Shown here one piece after another: positions 32,242 through 42,822 of a stretch of DNA of 64,000 nucleotides (position 1 is its first letter; each line of letters starts with the position of its first letter). A program made the position numbers and the translations under genes. The stretch is from Cyanophyceae cyanobacterium (lineage in GTDB: Bacteria; Cyanobacteriota; Cyanobacteriia; Cyanobacteriales; Laspinemataceae). The stretch is taken from NCBI GenBank assembly GCA_038321985.1, contig JBBQFN010000006.1:64001-128000 (forward strand). The letters run 5' to 3'. The notes under the pieces are model-generated. The model was not told the origin of the DNA. It did not search any database and saw only the letters and a list, made by a program, of their open reading frames with translations.

Positions 32242-33336
32242 ATGACAGATAGCTCACCCGAAATGCCCCAATCCGGTACAGAACCGGCTTTATCCCCCCA
32301 AGAATTGGAAGATTTAGTGCGATCGCTGCGTCGTAAAGAAGGAAATTGGGTAAGCTGGGGGATGGCTTGCCAACGCTTACAAAAAGCCGGTTATAATCCT
32401 CAACAAATTTTTGAAGACACTGGCTTTGAGCAGATTCAACAAAATCAAGTCATTGTCGGCTACCAGGTTTATAATTCCATCATCGCTGCCGGAGTATCTG
32501 AGGAAACCCAGTCCTACTTTAGCCGCAAAGGTAGCGATATTCTTTACGAACTGCGTATCCTTAACCAACAAGAACGCGCTAACTCCGCTGAATTTATTGT
32601 CGCTAAAAACCTGGATGTGGATGAGAGTCACGAACTGGTAAAAGCGATCAAAGATTTATCCCGACTGGCAAAAATTCCCGAAGCCTTTTCTACCCATCCC
32701 GGGGATGCAGTCGCCTATCAATGTTGGAAACTTGCCCGCCAAAAATCTGATTTACAAGAGCGATCGCGCTTAATTGCCCGAGGATTATCCTTCGCCCACA
32801 GTCTCAGCGCCCGCCAGCAAGTAGAACAACTGCTGACTGATTTTACCATCACCCGAACTCAAACCGCGCCTACCTTATCGGTTTATCGTTTAGAATCCGC
32901 TGAAGAACTGCCTAGAATCCTCCCAGTTGTAGGCAGAATGCCCCTGACTGTAGAAGATTTACAAGCGGTTCCGTTAATAGAACCCGAAGAACCATTTGGC
33001 ATCGTCAAATCTTCGGGAAATGCTGCCTGGGTTCCCGTCCCCAGTTGGCAAGTTCTCTTACGCGCAGAAGATCCGGTTACTATCCTCTGGTATAGCGAAG
33101 ATTTGCCGATCACCCTCCGTGGAAAAGCCGAAGAAGTGTTAGTTGTAGTTGATCGCGCTGCCCGCCAGTGGGACCCCACTGGGTATTTTTTGTTAGAAGA
33201 AAATGGACAACTCAAAATGCAGTGGTTTGAACAAGAACCGGATATTAAAATTCTGGGTCAAGTCTTGCTAGTTCTGCGTCCTAAAAAATTCTTAGATGAA
33301 GATTTTACTAAAGAAATGTGGCAGATGGATGAATAG
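32242..33336 (+). CDS. raf1: RuBisCO accumulation factor 1
   Basis: LRRKEGNWVSWG, SDILYELRIL, HPGDAVAYQ, LVLRPKK, C-terminal WQMDE. Confidence 0.93.
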   Translation: MTDSSPEMPQSGTEPALSPQELEDLVRSLRRKEGNWVSWGMACQRLQKAGYNPQQIFEDTGFEQIQQNQVIVGYQVYNSIIAAGVSEETQSYFSRKGSDILYELRILNQQERANSAEFIVAKNLDVDESHELVKAIKDLSRLAKIPEAFSTHPGDAVAYQCWKLARQKSDLQERSRLIARGLSFAHSLSARQQVEQLLTDFTITRTQTAPTLSVYRLESAEELPRILPVVGRMPLTVEDLQAVPLIEPEEPFGIVKSSGNAAWVPVPSWQVLLRAEDPVTILWYSEDLPITLRGKAEEVLVVVDRAARQWDPTGYFLLEENGQLKMQWFEQEPDIKILGQVLLVLRPKKFLDEDFTKEMWQMDE

Positions 33337-33473
33337 ATTTTTTGCCTACTTCTAGGGCAATCACTCCACCCTTTTTTCACCATCGTAGTTAGCTTTTAAA
33401 ATTGAGTTTAGGGGGAGTCCAGTCATTAATTCAGGATAACAACCATCAATTTATGACGGGACGAAATACCCCC

Positions 33474-35273
33474 CTACCTCAAACCACATCTATAAAGTTG
33501 ATAGGGAATTCCTAACCGATAATACTGGCTGGAGTCGAGGGTACAGGGGCGACTACCTAAGAGAAGTTGCGGAGGATATTCCCGTTGCCGTAAACCGGGT
33601 GCTACGATCCATAAATTCAGAGGAGGGGGGGCTAATTCGGGAACTTGAACTAGATTGTCCCACAGGGATTGATAGCTAGGCGATCGCTTCATAAATACCC
33701 AATAAGTTTCTGCGGTACGCGGGGAGTTATTCTCTCTGATTTTATCCAATTCCAGAGCAAAACTTAACCCCAATGCCACCTCTTGGGTATTCTCATATCC
33801 TACCACCACCATCACCGATACAGCCGGTTCTAAATTAAGCGTTTGCGCCACCCCTTCAGGGTCATAAGGTTTTTGAAATACCCAATTGGATACCACAAAA
33901 ACACTACTTATCACCCCAACGATTAGAAAAATAGGAATCAAATAAAACTCTCCCTTTTCCCTACCTGTGCTAATCAATCCTTTCTCCTCAATCCCCGTAG
34001 GGCTTCCTACCTGTCGCCCCACCTTAACTAAGTGTTGGGTTGGATTCAGGGTTAAACTTGCCCCCAATAATGCACAAATACTCGGATAATAAATAAAATG
34101 ATACCGGACTGCGGAAGTGATATCTTTGCCCAATAGATAAACAATTGCGAGATATTCCAACAGTACAAAGCCGGTAAATAATATTAAAGCTAAACTAGAA
34201 AAATTATTTCTTTTGCTTGTAGTTAATATTTTTACTCTAGAAAAAATAGATTTTAAAAACCATCCTGCAAATAAAATCATAAAAATAGCCGAAGGAATAA
34301 CAACCCAAATCGGTTGACTTTCCACCGGGAATGCCACTATCATCACTAACCAACCGGCTAAAGTTTGAAAAATGGGGGTGAAACTATCCACCCAAGAGGG
34401 TTCAAAGGGTTTAAACCATTCCGTTTCGGGACGACTAAAATGGTTGTAAAGAGTAGGCAACCAAGGCAGATAGAATAATAAAGGAAGCAACCCATAAAGC
34501 CCCAAAAATATCCAATATTTAGGCTGTAAACCTCTAATTAGCTCAGCCTTTAAAGGTAATATTGGTTCAGGTGGAGCTACTTTTTTAGGCTGTTGATTTC
34601 CTATAATTAAAGCCAAAATAGTCAACCACTCAGCCCCCAAAGCTAGGAGGAAAAAATAGTGGGTGTACAGTCCCAAAGTATTGGCGATCGCCCAACTAAT
34701 TCCTACCCTAATGCGAACTTTTCCCCGTTGATATAAATCCTTTTGAATCTGAATAAATCCTATCAGGGATAAAGTAATCAATAGCATCGATAGAGTGTAA
34801 TGCCGCGCCTCCTGGGATAGATAAACCGCAAACGGAGACACTGCCATCACTGCTGCACCCATTAACCCGGCTTGGCGAGAAAAGGCGACTCGATTTAACA
34901 CATACATGGCAGCGATCGCACCCACTCCAAACACGACCGAGAGCGATCGGGTCTGCCATATCCAGGACCCCTGAATCCGGCTCAACCAGCCATGAGTTAA
35001 ACAAAAAAACAGAGGTGGATGAGTCGATTCTGTTGCCACCGTTTGGGCAATTGGTGGACAACTTGCTGCCGTATTTAAAGTGAAAATATCGGCAAATTCC
35101 CCCAGGGGAAGTACCACATCTAAGGGGATATCTTGATAACTGCGTCCCAAACTAAATAACCCGGTCAAAATTTCATCTAACCAGACGGGTTTGCCATCTA
35201 ATTGAGCAAACCGCAGGACAGTACCCAGAATGAGGATCCCCGCTAAACTTAAATAAGGTCGATACCTGTGCAT
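33474..35273 (-). CDS. GT-C (family 39/PMT-like) glycosyltransferase
   Basis: WLDE, HPPLFF, SQEARHY and YTHYF motifs, many TM helices. Confidence 0.88.
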   Translation of the reverse strand: MHRYRPYLSLAGILILGTVLRFAQLDGKPVWLDEILTGLFSLGRSYQDIPLDVVLPLGEFADIFTLNTAASCPPIAQTVATESTHPPLFFCLTHGWLSRIQGSWIWQTRSLSVVFGVGAIAAMYVLNRVAFSRQAGLMGAAVMAVSPFAVYLSQEARHYTLSMLLITLSLIGFIQIQKDLYQRGKVRIRVGISWAIANTLGLYTHYFFLLALGAEWLTILALIIGNQQPKKVAPPEPILPLKAELIRGLQPKYWIFLGLYGLLPLLFYLPWLPTLYNHFSRPETEWFKPFEPSWVDSFTPIFQTLAGWLVMIVAFPVESQPIWVVIPSAIFMILFAGWFLKSIFSRVKILTTSKRNNFSSLALILFTGFVLLEYLAIVYLLGKDITSAVRYHFIYYPSICALLGASLTLNPTQHLVKVGRQVGSPTGIEEKGLISTGREKGEFYLIPIFLIVGVISSVFVVSNWVFQKPYDPEGVAQTLNLEPAVSVMVVVGYENTQEVALGLSFALELDKIRENNSPRTAETYWVFMKRSPSYQSLWDNLVQVPELAPPPLNLWIVAPGLRQREYPPQLLLGSRPCTLDSSQYYRLGIPYQLYRCGLR

Positions 35274-35320
35274 TTTTCAAAAATTGTCCGATTAGTTCAG
35301 TTCTAGCACCTATTTTATTC

Positions 35321-35920
35321 TTAGCGATCGATGAATTTAGGTTTCTCGATAAAGTCCGCAATTTCTGTAACCAGCCACTCTCGTTCTGTCATGGTACTGC
35401 CGTTAGTGACCGTATGGCGATAGGTATCTTGAACCGCCCCAAAATCAACTAGAAATACCTGGTTATTGGACTGACGAATAATATTTTGAGGTTTAATATC
35501 GCGATGGACAACCGGAGGGGTGAGTTGGTGCAGATAGGCTAGAATTTCTAAGATTTGTTTGGCAATCTCTCTGACTTCAAGTTCCGTTGGACGCCATCCG
35601 CTTTCTACCCAGTCTTGTAAGGATTGACCCGGGGCGATTTCTTGGACGATATAAAAGCGGCGATCGCCCTCTATATCAAGTTGAAAATAATCCAGATAAT
35701 TGGGAATCCCTGGATGATCCAGTTGCGCTAAAACCTTGCCTTCCCGTTCAAAGAGTTCTAGGGCTTTCCAGTCTTTCAACTGTCGCAGGGATAAGATTTT
35801 AATCGCGACTTGTTGGCCAATCTCCAAATCTTCGGCAGCATAAGTCGAGGCAATTCCTCCTTCTCCTAAGAGGTTAAGAATCTGATAGCGTTCCCTGATG
35901 ATATCTCCAGGTTGGTGCAT
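35321..35920 (-). pseudogene. Ser/Thr kinase paralog with large in-frame internal deletion
   Basis: Subdomains I-VII are present (GEGG, AIK, HRDIKPQN, DFG). The sequence then jumps to the C-terminal TEREWLVTEIA tail shared with the neighbours. No GYMAPE. Confidence 0.8.
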
Positions 35921-36056
35921 GAGTTTTCGCCTCTCTTTCTTCCCTGCTGGTTTCTGATGTTAGGACGAATCGGGTTAATCCCTCTTCCAGCCTAGGATGG
36001 CAACAGATGCGGTTGCTACAGCCATGGCGCAAACTCTTTGCCACTCTATACCTTGC

Positions 36057-36110
36057 CTACCCATGAATGCTGGATTTGTCTTGTTTGAACCGATTCATTC
36101 TATTCTAACC
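36057..36110 (-). pseudogene. Remnant of the 3' end of the DUF4349 gene (co-duplicated)
   Basis: Translates G*NRMNRFKQDKSSIHG*, compared with GYNRIKSSKPDESSINQ* at the end of 39179..40150. Confidence 0.7.
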
Positions 36111-36197
36111 TATCGAAGGAATCGGTTACTATCATTGTTACCTTGTCGCCCATGAGAGCAGGTCCTTATCCAATGGATGTAGGTCCGATCTATATTG

Positions 36198-37568
36198 TTA
36201 TTGTTTGATTAAGTGAGGTTTTCCAAGAAAAGCAGCAATTTCCATTGCGATCCACTCTCGTTCAGTCTGAGTCAGTCCCGAACCAAATCGGTAAGTTTTA
36301 AATCTTGTTTGTAAGGCACAGGTGATAATAGAGTAACCTTGTATGGAAACCAGGGTGGAAAATACTTGCACACTAAAAATATCATGGATATTTCCCTGAA
36401 TTTCTCGTTGAATCCCTAAAAAATTCCATTTTAAATAAAATTGAGCTTCATGGAACTCTAAGCTAACTCTCCCAAACTGATTTAATAAAAAATCACCTAA
36501 TAACTTTATTTCCAAAAACACCAATAAAAACAAAAATAAAAAAATTGTTGGAGCTTGACTCGCGGCCAGCAAGATGAAGGGAAAGAAAGAAATATTCAAA
36601 ATTGTAATAATTAAAATTAAAGACAAAGATGGTAACTTCCATCCCAAAAATGGAATTTTTACTTCTAGTTTCCCAGGAGTAATTTTGAGAGAAACACGAC
36701 TTCCCGCCAGGTGATGATGATTAGTTGTTCGCGCCGGGACCCTTTCTTTTTTTGCCTTAAGCATTGCTTTTTTTGCCTGCAAAACAGCTAAGGCTTCTGC
36801 AGCAGAGGTAAAGCGATCTTCCACCAGCGGTTCTAACAACTGCTCTAACCAATCCGCCAGTTCAGGGGAAATATTTACCGAAGGACGAAAATCAATTTTG
36901 AGTCGTTTTTCTGGAAAATCTGCGGGTGTTTTGTGGGTTAATAAAAATAACAAGGTTGCCCCTAAACCATATAAATCTGTGGCAGGTTCTGCTTGTCCTC
37001 GAAACTGTTCTGGGGCCATATATCCATAAGTACCAACGAGGGTACTCCCGCTCGTCATGGTATGGCGATAAGTATCTTTAACTGCACCAAAATCGATTAA
37101 CAAAATCTTACCCTCAGACTGCCTAATAATATTAGGCGGTTTGATATCTCGATGAATCACCGGGGGGCTAATTTGATGCAAATAAACGAGAATTTCTAAG
37201 AGTTGTTGGGCCAAATCTCTGACTTCAAGTTCCGTTGGATGCCATCCTCTTTCTACCCAATCTTGCAAGGATTGACCTGGGGCGATTTCTTGGATGATAT
37301 AGAAGCGGCGATCATCATCTGTATCCAGCTGAAAGTAGTCGAGATATTTGGGAATACCTGGATGATTTAATTGAGAAAGTACCTTCCCTTCTCGCTCAAA
37401 AAGCTCCAGGGATTTCCAGTCCTTTAATCGCCGTAGAGACAGGGCTTTAATGGCCACCTCTTGCCCCATCTCTAAGTCATGCGCTGCATAAGTTGTGGCA
37501 ATTCCTCCTATTCCCAAGGGCTTAAGAATACGATAACGGTCCTTGATAATTTCTTCGGCTTGATGCAT
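36198..37568 (-). CDS. Hanks-type Ser/Thr protein kinase with C-terminal 2-TM domain
   Basis: GIGG, HRDIKPPN, DFG, GTYGYMAPE, two hydrophobic helices. Confidence 0.93.
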   Translation of the reverse strand: MHQAEEIIKDRYRILKPLGIGGIATTYAAHDLEMGQEVAIKALSLRRLKDWKSLELFEREGKVLSQLNHPGIPKYLDYFQLDTDDDRRFYIIQEIAPGQSLQDWVERGWHPTELEVRDLAQQLLEILVYLHQISPPVIHRDIKPPNIIRQSEGKILLIDFGAVKDTYRHTMTSGSTLVGTYGYMAPEQFRGQAEPATDLYGLGATLLFLLTHKTPADFPEKRLKIDFRPSVNISPELADWLEQLLEPLVEDRFTSAAEALAVLQAKKAMLKAKKERVPARTTNHHHLAGSRVSLKITPGKLEVKIPFLGWKLPSLSLILIITILNISFFPFILLAASQAPTIFLFLFLLVFLEIKLLGDFLLNQFGRVSLEFHEAQFYLKWNFLGIQREIQGNIHDIFSVQVFSTLVSIQGYSIITCALQTRFKTYRFGSGLTQTEREWIAMEIAAFLGKPHLIKQ

Positions 37569-37683
37569 GATTTTTTCTTCTCAATATTAAAGACTGGGTA
37601 CAGTATCTGTTATAAATTTTCGATAGAAGGGAGGCTAAAAAACCCAATTTTTAGTTTTTTTTTATATCTAATAAACCGACAAA

Positions 37684-39051
37684 TTAGGCGTCGATAACTT
37701 TAGGTTTTCCAAGAAAATTTGCTATTTCTGTAACTAACCATTCTTTTTCTAGCTGGGTCAGTTTATACCCAAAATGGTAAGATTTAACTCCAACTTGTAA
37801 AACACAGCTTATGATGAAACGGTACTTTTTCCTGGACTTTTTTTTATGAATTCGCACTTTTTTTTTGTGGACTTCTACTCTAAAAACATCCTGAATATTT
37901 CCCTCAATTTTTCGCCTTAATCCCAGAAAACTCCAGAATATCTGAAATTGATTACCGTGAAAGTCTAGTTGAGTCGCAACAAAACAATCAACGAATTTAG
38001 AACCCAAAAAGCCACTTTCTAAAATCCAAATTAACAAAAAAACCAGGAAAAATACCCCGGCTTCCGAATGTAAAGAAACGGGGAAAATCCTAGTCCATAA
38101 AAAAATTGCCAAGAAGAGGAATAGTAAACTTGTTAAAGATTTTGAAGGATTTGATGGAATTGTTATCGATAGTTTTTTGTGGCTTTTTTGTAGAATAACG
38201 CTACTGTTAGCGGGTTGTGGATTACTCAGCGATCGCCCCGCAATAATTTCTCGGTGTGAATGCAATACTTCTAAGGCTTCCCGTGCCGATTTATAGCGAT
38301 CTTCAATTATAGGTTCTAGCAATCCTTCTAGCCAATCTGCTAATTCTGGAGAAATTGCCAGATCAGAACGAAAGTCAATATGTAGCTTTTTTTCGGGAAA
38401 ATCTGCCGGGTCTTTATGGCTTAACAAAAACAATAAAGTTGCACCTAAAGCATATAAATCAGTAGCGGGTTGGGCTTGTCCTCGAAACTGTTCCGGTGGC
38501 ATATATCCATAAGTCCCCACCATCGTCCCCCCCCGGCTTAAAGTATGACAATAGGTATCTTGCACAGCGCCAAAATCCACTAAAAATACCTTGCCATTAG
38601 ACTGCCGAATAATATTCTGAGGTTTGATATCTCGATGAACGACCGGGGGATTTAGTTCATGCAGATACTCCAGAATTTCCAAGAGTTGTTCGGCCATCTC
38701 TCTCACCTCGAATTCACTCGGATGCCATCCGCCTTCTACTAATTCTTGTAAGGATTCACCCGGGGCAATTTCCTGGACAATATAGAAGTAGCAATCATCG
38801 TCTGTATCCAGTTGGAAATAATCCAAATACTTAGGAATTGCTGGATGATTTAATTGAGACAGTACCTTGCCTTCTCGCTCAAAAAGTTCTAAGGCTTTCC
38901 AATCGGTTAACTCATGCAGAGATAAGGTTTTAATGGCTACCTCTTGTCCGATATTTAGGTCTTCGGCTGCATAAGTTGTGGCAATTCCTCCTTGTCCCAA
39001 GGTGTTCAGAATACGATAGCGCTCCTTGATGACCTCTCCGGGTTGATGCAT
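37684..39051 (-). CDS. Hanks-type Ser/Thr protein kinase with C-terminal 2-TM domain
   Basis: GQGG, HRDIKPQN, DFG, GTYGYMPPE, two TM helices. Confidence 0.93.
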   Translation of the reverse strand: MHQPGEVIKERYRILNTLGQGGIATTYAAEDLNIGQEVAIKTLSLHELTDWKALELFEREGKVLSQLNHPAIPKYLDYFQLDTDDDCYFYIVQEIAPGESLQELVEGGWHPSEFEVREMAEQLLEILEYLHELNPPVVHRDIKPQNIIRQSNGKVFLVDFGAVQDTYCHTLSRGGTMVGTYGYMPPEQFRGQAQPATDLYALGATLLFLLSHKDPADFPEKKLHIDFRSDLAISPELADWLEGLLEPIIEDRYKSAREALEVLHSHREIIAGRSLSNPQPANSSVILQKSHKKLSITIPSNPSKSLTSLLFLFLAIFLWTRIFPVSLHSEAGVFFLVFLLIWILESGFLGSKFVDCFVATQLDFHGNQFQIFWSFLGLRRKIEGNIQDVFRVEVHKKKVRIHKKKSRKKYRFIISCVLQVGVKSYHFGYKLTQLEKEWLVTEIANFLGKPKVIDA

Positions 39052-39178
39052 GAGTATGCCCCTGATTTTGGTTGATTCTGTGGCCTGAGATGAGGGCGAC
39101 TTGGGTTAATCCTTCTTCGCAAGAGAGGCGGTAAGTCGCGCACCGATGTCGCCAACTGTTCGCCTCTCTACCCCTTGC

Positions 39179-40150
39179 CTACTGATTGATGCTCGATTCG
39201 TCGGGTTTGGATGACTTTATTCTGTTATAACCTAAAAATGCGACACCGACAAATAACAGGACAAATGGACTAAATGCCAGCAAATAAAGGGTTATTTTTA
39301 GGAGTCCTACGGTCACATCCCCTAGGGCTTCTGTGGCATTCCCCCAGGTCTTTTGCAGTTCTTTTCCGATAGATTTCTGGGGGAGTTCTGCGGCAGAAAC
39401 GGGGGATTCCAGGTTTAAATACAGGGTAGAATAGGCGACTTTGGTTCTGAGATTGGCTTGGACTGCATCGATTCGTTCAATTTGTTCACGAATTGTTCCA
39501 AGTTCTCGCGCTGCATTTAAGACATCTCCCACAGAACCCGAACGTTCCATAATTTTTAAAACCATTTCTTCTTGTTTGCGGAGATTCTTTAACCGCGCAT
39601 CGTTATCAATCAGTTGTGCCGAAACATCTTCGGCATTAATCGATCGATTGATTACTGTCCCTAGGTCAGCGATCGCATTAATGGTATTTTCTAACTGTTG
39701 CTGAGGAACCCGCAATTGCATCGAAACCACATGACGCGTATTTTGTGATCGCGGTTTGTTGTCTTCAAACTGTAACAAATCCCCTTGTTTTTGTTTAATA
39801 ATCTGGTTAACTGCTTCAATTTGCTCGTCAATTCCCTCTACTTCCATCGTCATAGAGGCAGTTTTAATCAGTTGCGGTGTGGCTTGGGGAATATCCCCTG
39901 GCGCTTGTGCGATATCCCCAACCATCCCCTCAGAACTGACTCGGTTAGCTGTAAACGGCGCGGATTCTTCAGGCATGGGTGCCGTAGCAGGAACCATTCC
40001 TTGCTGCGCGACGAGGGACTTATTCACGTCTTGGGAAGTCGGAATTGCGCCGCAACTGGCGATCGCACCGATCAGAATCAACAGGGGGAATAAGACGGGA
40101 GTTTGAGCCATTTTGCGAGGGGTCCGGGAAGCGCTGGGGTAAGGTTTCAT
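39179..40150 (-). CDS. DUF4349 lipoprotein
   Basis: Lipobox IAS-C, LIKTASMTMEV, AEDVSAQLID coiled coil, C-terminal TM helix, AGGAG RBS. Confidence 0.88.
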   Translation of the reverse strand: MKPYPSASRTPRKMAQTPVLFPLLILIGAIASCGAIPTSQDVNKSLVAQQGMVPATAPMPEESAPFTANRVSSEGMVGDIAQAPGDIPQATPQLIKTASMTMEVEGIDEQIEAVNQIIKQKQGDLLQFEDNKPRSQNTRHVVSMQLRVPQQQLENTINAIADLGTVINRSINAEDVSAQLIDNDARLKNLRKQEEMVLKIMERSGSVGDVLNAARELGTIREQIERIDAVQANLRTKVAYSTLYLNLESPVSAAELPQKSIGKELQKTWGNATEALGDVTVGLLKITLYLLAFSPFVLLFVGVAFLGYNRIKSSKPDESSINQ

Positions 40151-40336
40151 GGGATTTCTCCTGGGATAGCTAGAGTGTAAAATTAACGTTCGTTGCTGGG
40201 TTAGTCCTAAACTAACCTTACGGTTAGGGAAGTGGAGAATCTGCTACAAAAATTGAAACAGAGGCGACTGCTCCCAGAAAACGATAAACTCATAACTACT
40301 GCCCGTTTTCGTTCTTGTCGCCCTTTTAACCTCACT

Positions 40337-42775
40337 ATGTCAAATGATTTTTATAACGATTTGCCCACATCTGTTGCAGAACCTTTGACGCCATTCGCCC
40401 AAAAGCGCCGGGAGGCAGAACAACGCATCCGCAATGGATTACGTCCTGGACAGCAACAAATGGCGGATTGGTCCAAAGGTCCATTAGCGGTGTCTGCCGT
40501 ACCCGGGGCCGGAAAATCTAAGGGAATGGCGGATGCGGCAGCGTTGGCGATCGCTCGTTTTAAACTACATTATCGTCACCATTTAGTTGTAGTCACATTC
40601 ACCCGTTCTGCTGCGGCCAATTTGAAGTTAAAAATTCGCTCGGCACTACGGGAATTGGCAATGCCCCAAATTGGATTTACTGTAAATACTTTACACGGAT
40701 TAGCACTTTCCATCGCCTCGCGCCATCCCGAATTATCCGGTTTGGACCTGGATCAAATGACCTTAGTTACCCCCAACCAAAGTAATCGCCTCATCACCCA
40801 AAGTGTGGAACGCTGGATTGCCGCAAATCCCCAACGCTATCAAGTTTTGGTGCAAGGATGTCAATTTGATGGAGAGGAAACAGAACGATTGCGCCGTCAG
40901 TCGGTATTAAGAACGGATGTCCTTCCCCAATTAGCACATACGGCAATTCACGAAGCGAAATCTTCTGGTTTATTACCGGAAGATTTATTACAAATGTCTC
41001 AGGAATCCGACGGCCAAATTCCCGATGATGACTACGGCATTTTGGCGATTTCCGCCGGATTATATCAACAGTATGAGACCCTCTTGCGATCGCGTCAGCT
41101 CATCGATTACGATGACATGATTCTAGCTGCCTTACGAGTATTGGAAAACCAAAGTGCCTGTTATCTCTGGCAAAAACAAGTTTTTGCCGTATTTGAAGAC
41201 GAAGCACAAGATTCTTCCCCCTTACAAACCCAATTATTAGAGATTTTAGCGAGGCAGTGCGACTCCCCGGATGCACCGCCTAATCTGATTCGTGTCGGCG
41301 ACCCTAATCAAGCGATTAACTCCACATTTACCCCCGCTGACCCGATCTATTTTCGCCGGTTTTGTGAAGCGTGCGATCGCGACAATCTCCTCGCAACAAT
41401 GGACCGCGCTGGACGCAGCACCCAGATTATCATCAATGCCGCCAATTTTATTTTAAGTTGGGTCAATCGTCACTATACCCAGCAACATCAGGCCCCCCCC
41501 GAAATAGAACACCGTCGCCCTGCGGCTAAATTACCCTTTCGCCTCCAAAATATTCGATCCGTAGAATCTGGAGACCCCCAACCCGATGCCAATCCCCCCC
41601 ATACGGGCGGAGGATTAGAGATGTATCGACCTCGGGATATTTATCACACCATTGAACTAATCGCCAGGAGGGCGGTGCAGTTATTTAGTGAGACATCTGA
41701 GGAGCGATCGGCAGCAATCTTGGTGAGGGAAAACCGCCAAGGGCGATTGATACAAGAAGTGATGAGTAATCCGCGCTTATATGGAATCCAATGTGAGCTA
41801 GACCAACATAATATAGAAGTATTTGATGTATCTGCCAGCGATCGCCGTTCTCAGGTTCCCGCCGAAATGCTGGCGTTGCTGCAATTCCTTGATCGCCCCC
41901 ATTCCCCCGACTATTTAAAAAGCGTTTTACGCGTCTTAGTCGATCGCAATTTAATCCCCTCCCAAGACTTAAACGCCCTTACCAGCTTACCGGAACAATT
42001 TCTCTATCCCGGCCCTTTAGAAGCGCCTCAAGCCCCAGCCGTACTCCAAGCGCGGCGCTTCTGTTGCAGCTTGCTCACCGCGCGGATAGAACTCCCTTTG
42101 TATCAGCTGATTTCCTTTCTGGCATTAGCCCTACATTACGACTCCTCAGAACTCGCAACCGCTGATAAATTGGGCGATCGGCTAGCCCAACAAACAGCCG
42201 GAAATCCTTCCCTGTCTGGGATTTTAACCGTCCTCACCGAAATAGTCACCTCAGAACGCTTTGAACCCGTAGATACAGAAGATAACGCCGAAAAAATTTA
42301 TACTCGTCCCCGACAACTCACCATTGTCACCATGCACAAAGCCAAAGGACTCGATTGGGATTATGTATTCATCCCCTTTCTCCATGAAAATATGATTCCC
42401 GGAAAGTTTTGGGTTCCGCCTCCGGCACAATTCCTCGGTGAATACACCTTATCCGAAGTTGCCCGAGCACAAATTCGCGCCCATCTTCACCACAAAAGCG
42501 AACCCAATCCATGGGAAACCGAACTCTTTCATTTTCCCTCCATTACCGATTCCTGGCAACAAGCAGAACAACTAAAAATCGCCGAAGAATATCGATTGCT
42601 TTACGTTGCCATGACCCGCGCCAAGCGATTGTTATGGATATCTGCTGCTAAACAAGCCCCCTTTACCTGGAGTAAACCCGCCAATTTACAAGAGATACCA
42701 CCCTGTCCCGTTTTGCCCGCTTTAATGGAAGCCTACCCCGATGAAGTTGTCCACCTATCTGATATCGATTTTTAA
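40337..42775 (+). CDS. ATP-dependent SF1 helicase, UvrD/REP family
   Basis: AVPGAGKS, TFTRSAA, EDEAQD, GDPNQAI, TMHKAKGLDWD, LYVAMTRAK. Confidence 0.93.
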   Translation: MSNDFYNDLPTSVAEPLTPFAQKRREAEQRIRNGLRPGQQQMADWSKGPLAVSAVPGAGKSKGMADAAALAIARFKLHYRHHLVVVTFTRSAAANLKLKIRSALRELAMPQIGFTVNTLHGLALSIASRHPELSGLDLDQMTLVTPNQSNRLITQSVERWIAANPQRYQVLVQGCQFDGEETERLRRQSVLRTDVLPQLAHTAIHEAKSSGLLPEDLLQMSQESDGQIPDDDYGILAISAGLYQQYETLLRSRQLIDYDDMILAALRVLENQSACYLWQKQVFAVFEDEAQDSSPLQTQLLEILARQCDSPDAPPNLIRVGDPNQAINSTFTPADPIYFRRFCEACDRDNLLATMDRAGRSTQIIINAANFILSWVNRHYTQQHQAPPEIEHRRPAAKLPFRLQNIRSVESGDPQPDANPPHTGGGLEMYRPRDIYHTIELIARRAVQLFSETSEERSAAILVRENRQGRLIQEVMSNPRLYGIQCELDQHNIEVFDVSASDRRSQVPAEMLALLQFLDRPHSPDYLKSVLRVLVDRNLIPSQDLNALTSLPEQFLYPGPLEAPQAPAVLQARRFCCSLLTARIELPLYQLISFLALALHYDSSELATADKLGDRLAQQTAGNPSLSGILTVLTEIVTSERFEPVDTEDNAEKIYTRPRQLTIVTMHKAKGLDWDYVFIPFLHENMIPGKFWVPPPAQFLGEYTLSEVARAQIRAHLHHKSEPNPWETELFHFPSITDSWQQAEQLKIAEEYRLLYVAMTRAKRLLWISAAKQAPFTWSKPANLQEIPPCPVLPALMEAYPDEVVHLSDIDF

Positions 42776-42822
42776 ATTTTCAACAGAATAGGCCCAAAAT
42801 TCAATTTGCAGATTATTTAGTG

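Noticed and set aside
40337..42775. UvrD-like helicase as part of a defence system with the adjacent cassette
   Set aside because: It is convergent with the MTase, rich in HIP1 like host core genes, and lacks a partner nuclease in its own transcription unit.
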